Positions 61,231 to 64,000 of a stretch of DNA of 64,000 nt are shown piece by piece (within the stretch, counting starts at the first letter, position 1; each line of letters opens with the position of its first letter). Source of the stretch: Squalus acanthias (taxonomy: Eukaryota). Position numbers and translations under genes: made by a program. The notes below the pieces were generated by a model. It was not told the DNA's origin. It ran no database searches and worked only from the letters and a program-made list of their open reading frames with translations. The stretch covers positions 186,001 through 250,000 of the forward strand of contig JASTWF010000351.1 of assembly GCA_030390025.1 (NCBI GenBank). Reading direction: 5' to 3'.

Positions 61231-64000
61231 TGTGGCAGGGGGTTGGGAACCTGAGCAGGGAGACAGAGGAAGCATGTCAGGAAGGGACAGAAGGTATGGA
61301 GTAAAAGGTAAAGTGTTAAATATGGAAAAAGCAGGAAGTAAGTGTCGCAAAACACATTTGAAAGCTCTTTATCTGAATGCACGTAGCATTCATAACAAAA
61401 TGGACGAGTTAACGGCACAAATAACTATGTATGGGTATGATCTTGTGGCCATTACAGAAACATGGCTGCGGGGTGACAACGTCTGGGAATTAAATATGCC
61501 AGGGTATTTAACAATCAGGAAAGACAGGCAGGAAGGAAGGGGAGGGGTGTGTGGCTATGTTAATAAAGGAAGGAATCACTGTAATACAGAGAAATGATAT
61601 TGGGTCAAAAGATCAGGATAATGAAACAGTTTGGGTAGAGATAAGGAATAATAAGGGGAAAAAAACACTGGTGGGCGTAGTATATAGGCCTCCTAATAGT
61701 TGCAACTCTGTTGGAAGAAGTATTAATCAGGAAATAGTTGGGGCATGTAATAAGGGAACAGCTATAATTATGGGGGACTTTAACTATCATATTAACTGGA
61801 CAAATCAAATTGGGCAGGGCAGCCTTGAGGAAGAGTTTATTGAGTGACTTAGGGATGGATTTCTTGAGCAGCATGTAACTGATCCTACAAGGGGGCAAGC
61901 AACCTTGGACCTGGTACTGTGTAATGAGTCAGGATTAATTAATAATGTCCTAGTTATGGATCCCCTTGGAATGAGTGACCGTAACATGGTTGAATTCCAT
62001 ATCCAATTAGAGGGTGAGAAGGTTGGTTCTCAAACAAGCATACTGAGCTTGAATAAAGGAGACTATGATGGCATGAGAGCAGAATTGATTAAAGTGGACT
62101 GGGAAAATAGATTAAAGGGCAAGACGGTACATGAGCAGTGGTGTTCATTCAAGGAGTTATTTTACAACTTTCAAAATAAATATATTCCACTGAGGAAAAA
62201 AGGGTGTAAAAGAAATGACAGCCATCCATGGCTAAGTAAAGAAATTAAAGAAAGTATCCAACTAAAAACAAGGACATATAAGGTAGCCAAAGTTAGTGGG
62301 AGGATAGAAGATTGGGAAGTCTTCAAAAGACAACAAAAAGTAACTAAAGGATTGATTAAGAAAGGGAAAATAGACTATGAAAATGAATTAGCAAAAAATA
62401 TAAAAACAGATAGCAAGAGTTTCTATAGTTATATAAAAAGAAAAAGGGTGGTTAAGGCAAACGTAGGTCCCTTAGTGGATGAGACCGGGAAATTAATGGT
62501 GGGAAACATGGAGATGGCAAAAATGCTGAACAAATATTTTGTTTCAGTCTTTACGGTAGAGGACACTAAGAATATCCCAACACTGGACAAACAGGTGGCT
62601 CTAGTGGAGGAGGAGCTAAATACGATTAAAATCACTAAGGAATTGGTACTCAGTAAAATAATGGAACTCAAGGCGGATAAATCCCCTGGACCTGATGGCT
62701 TACATCCTAGGGTCTTGAGGGAAGTGGCAGTAGGAATTGTGGATGCTTTGGTAATAATTTTCCAAAACTCCCTGAACTCAGCAAAGTCCCAGCAGATTGG
62801 AAAACTGCTAATGTAACACCCTTATTTAAAAAGGGTTGTAGGCAGAAGGCTGGAAATTATAGACCAGTTAGCCTAACATCTGTGGTGGGTAAAATTTTGG
62901 AGTCTATTATTAAGGAGACAGTAACGGAACATTTAGATAAACATAATTTAATAGGACAAAGTCAGCATGGCTTTATGAAGGGGAAGTCATGTCTGACAAA
63001 TTTGCTCGAGTTCTTTGAGGACATAACGTACAGGGTGGATAAAGGGGAACCAGTGGATGTAGTGTATTTAGACTTCCAGAAGGCATTCGACAAGGTGCCA
63101 CATAAAAGATTATTACTCAAGATAAAAAATCACTGGATTGGGGGTAATATTCTGGCATGGGTGGAGGATTGGTTATCTAACAGGAAGCAGAGAGTTGGGA
63201 TAAATGGTTCATTCTCGGACTGGCAACCAGTAGCCAGTGGTATTCCGCAGGGGTCGGTGCTGGGTCCCCAACTCTTTACAATCTATATTAACGATTTGGA
63301 GGAGGGGACCGAGTGTAACATATCAAAGTTTGCAGATGATACAAAGATGGGAGGGAAAGTAGTGAGTGAGGAGGACATAAAAAACCTACAAGGGGATATA
63401 GACAGGCTGGGTGAGTGGGCAGAGATTTGGCAGATGCAATACAATATTGGAAAATTTGAGGTTATGCACTTTGGCAGGAAAAATCAGAGAGCAAGTTATT
63501 ATCTTAATGGCGAGAAACTGGAAAGTACTGCAGTACAAAGGGATCTGGGGGTCTTGGTGCAAGAAAATCAAAAAGTTAGTATGCAGGTGCAGCAGGTGAT
63601 CAAGAAAGCCAATGGAATGTTGGCTTTTATTGCTAGGGGGATAGAATATAAAAACAGGGAGGTATTGCTGCAGTTGTATAGGGTATTGGTGAGACCTGCA
63701 CCTGGAGTACTGCATACAGTTTTGGTGTCCATACTTAAGAAAAGACATACTTGCTCTCGAGGCAGTACAAAGAAGGTTCACTCGGTTAATTCCGGGGATG
63801 AGGGGGTGGACATACGAGGAAAGGTTGAGTAGATTGGGACTCTACTCATTGGAGTTCAGAAGAATGAGAGGCGATCTTATTGAAACATATAAGATTGTGA
63901 AGGGGCTTGATCGGGTGGACGCGGTGAGGATGTTCCCAATGATGGGTGAAACTAGAACTAGGGGACATAATCTTAGAATAAGGGGCTGCTCTTTCAAAAC

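Larger units (their letters stand above)
59630..64000 (+). mobile_element. Near full-length CR1 (E), running off the window end; ORF1 intact, ORF2 (~61350 onward) with stops and frameshifts
   Basis: 5'UTR with tandem repeats, ORF1 60283-61230, ORF2 pieces with [23 protein letters not shown]. Confidence 0.93.

Overview
Eukaryotic, repeat-dominated DNA, most likely from a cartilaginous fish. The evidence is CR1-type LINEs with elasmobranch-style 3' tails, an HE1/V-SINE-type core, and an H2B beginning MVDEKK. The window is part of a decaying, segmentally duplicated replication-dependent histone cluster: one intact H2A, one intact H2B, three H2B fragments, one H4 fragment and two tRNA-Gly-derived relics. 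These sit in long arrays of a related 40-41/46/65-bp minisatellite family. The region is heavily invaded by CR1 LINEs (including a 3-level nest), Neptune-type Penelope-like elements (PLEs) and one young GC-rich Tx1 element. The most striking biology concerns the PLEs. Their termini carry minimal hammerhead ribozyme motifs with compensatory stem changes. They form fold-back insertions bounded by target-site duplications (TSDs) at 150-bp, 3-kb and 8.2-kb scales. In two cases they enclose other retrotransposons' sequence lacking its own 3' end (6.8 kb of Tx1 and 0.63 kb of CR1), which suggests capture by template switching. Coordinates were read by eye, and satellite and old-LINE boundaries are approximate.
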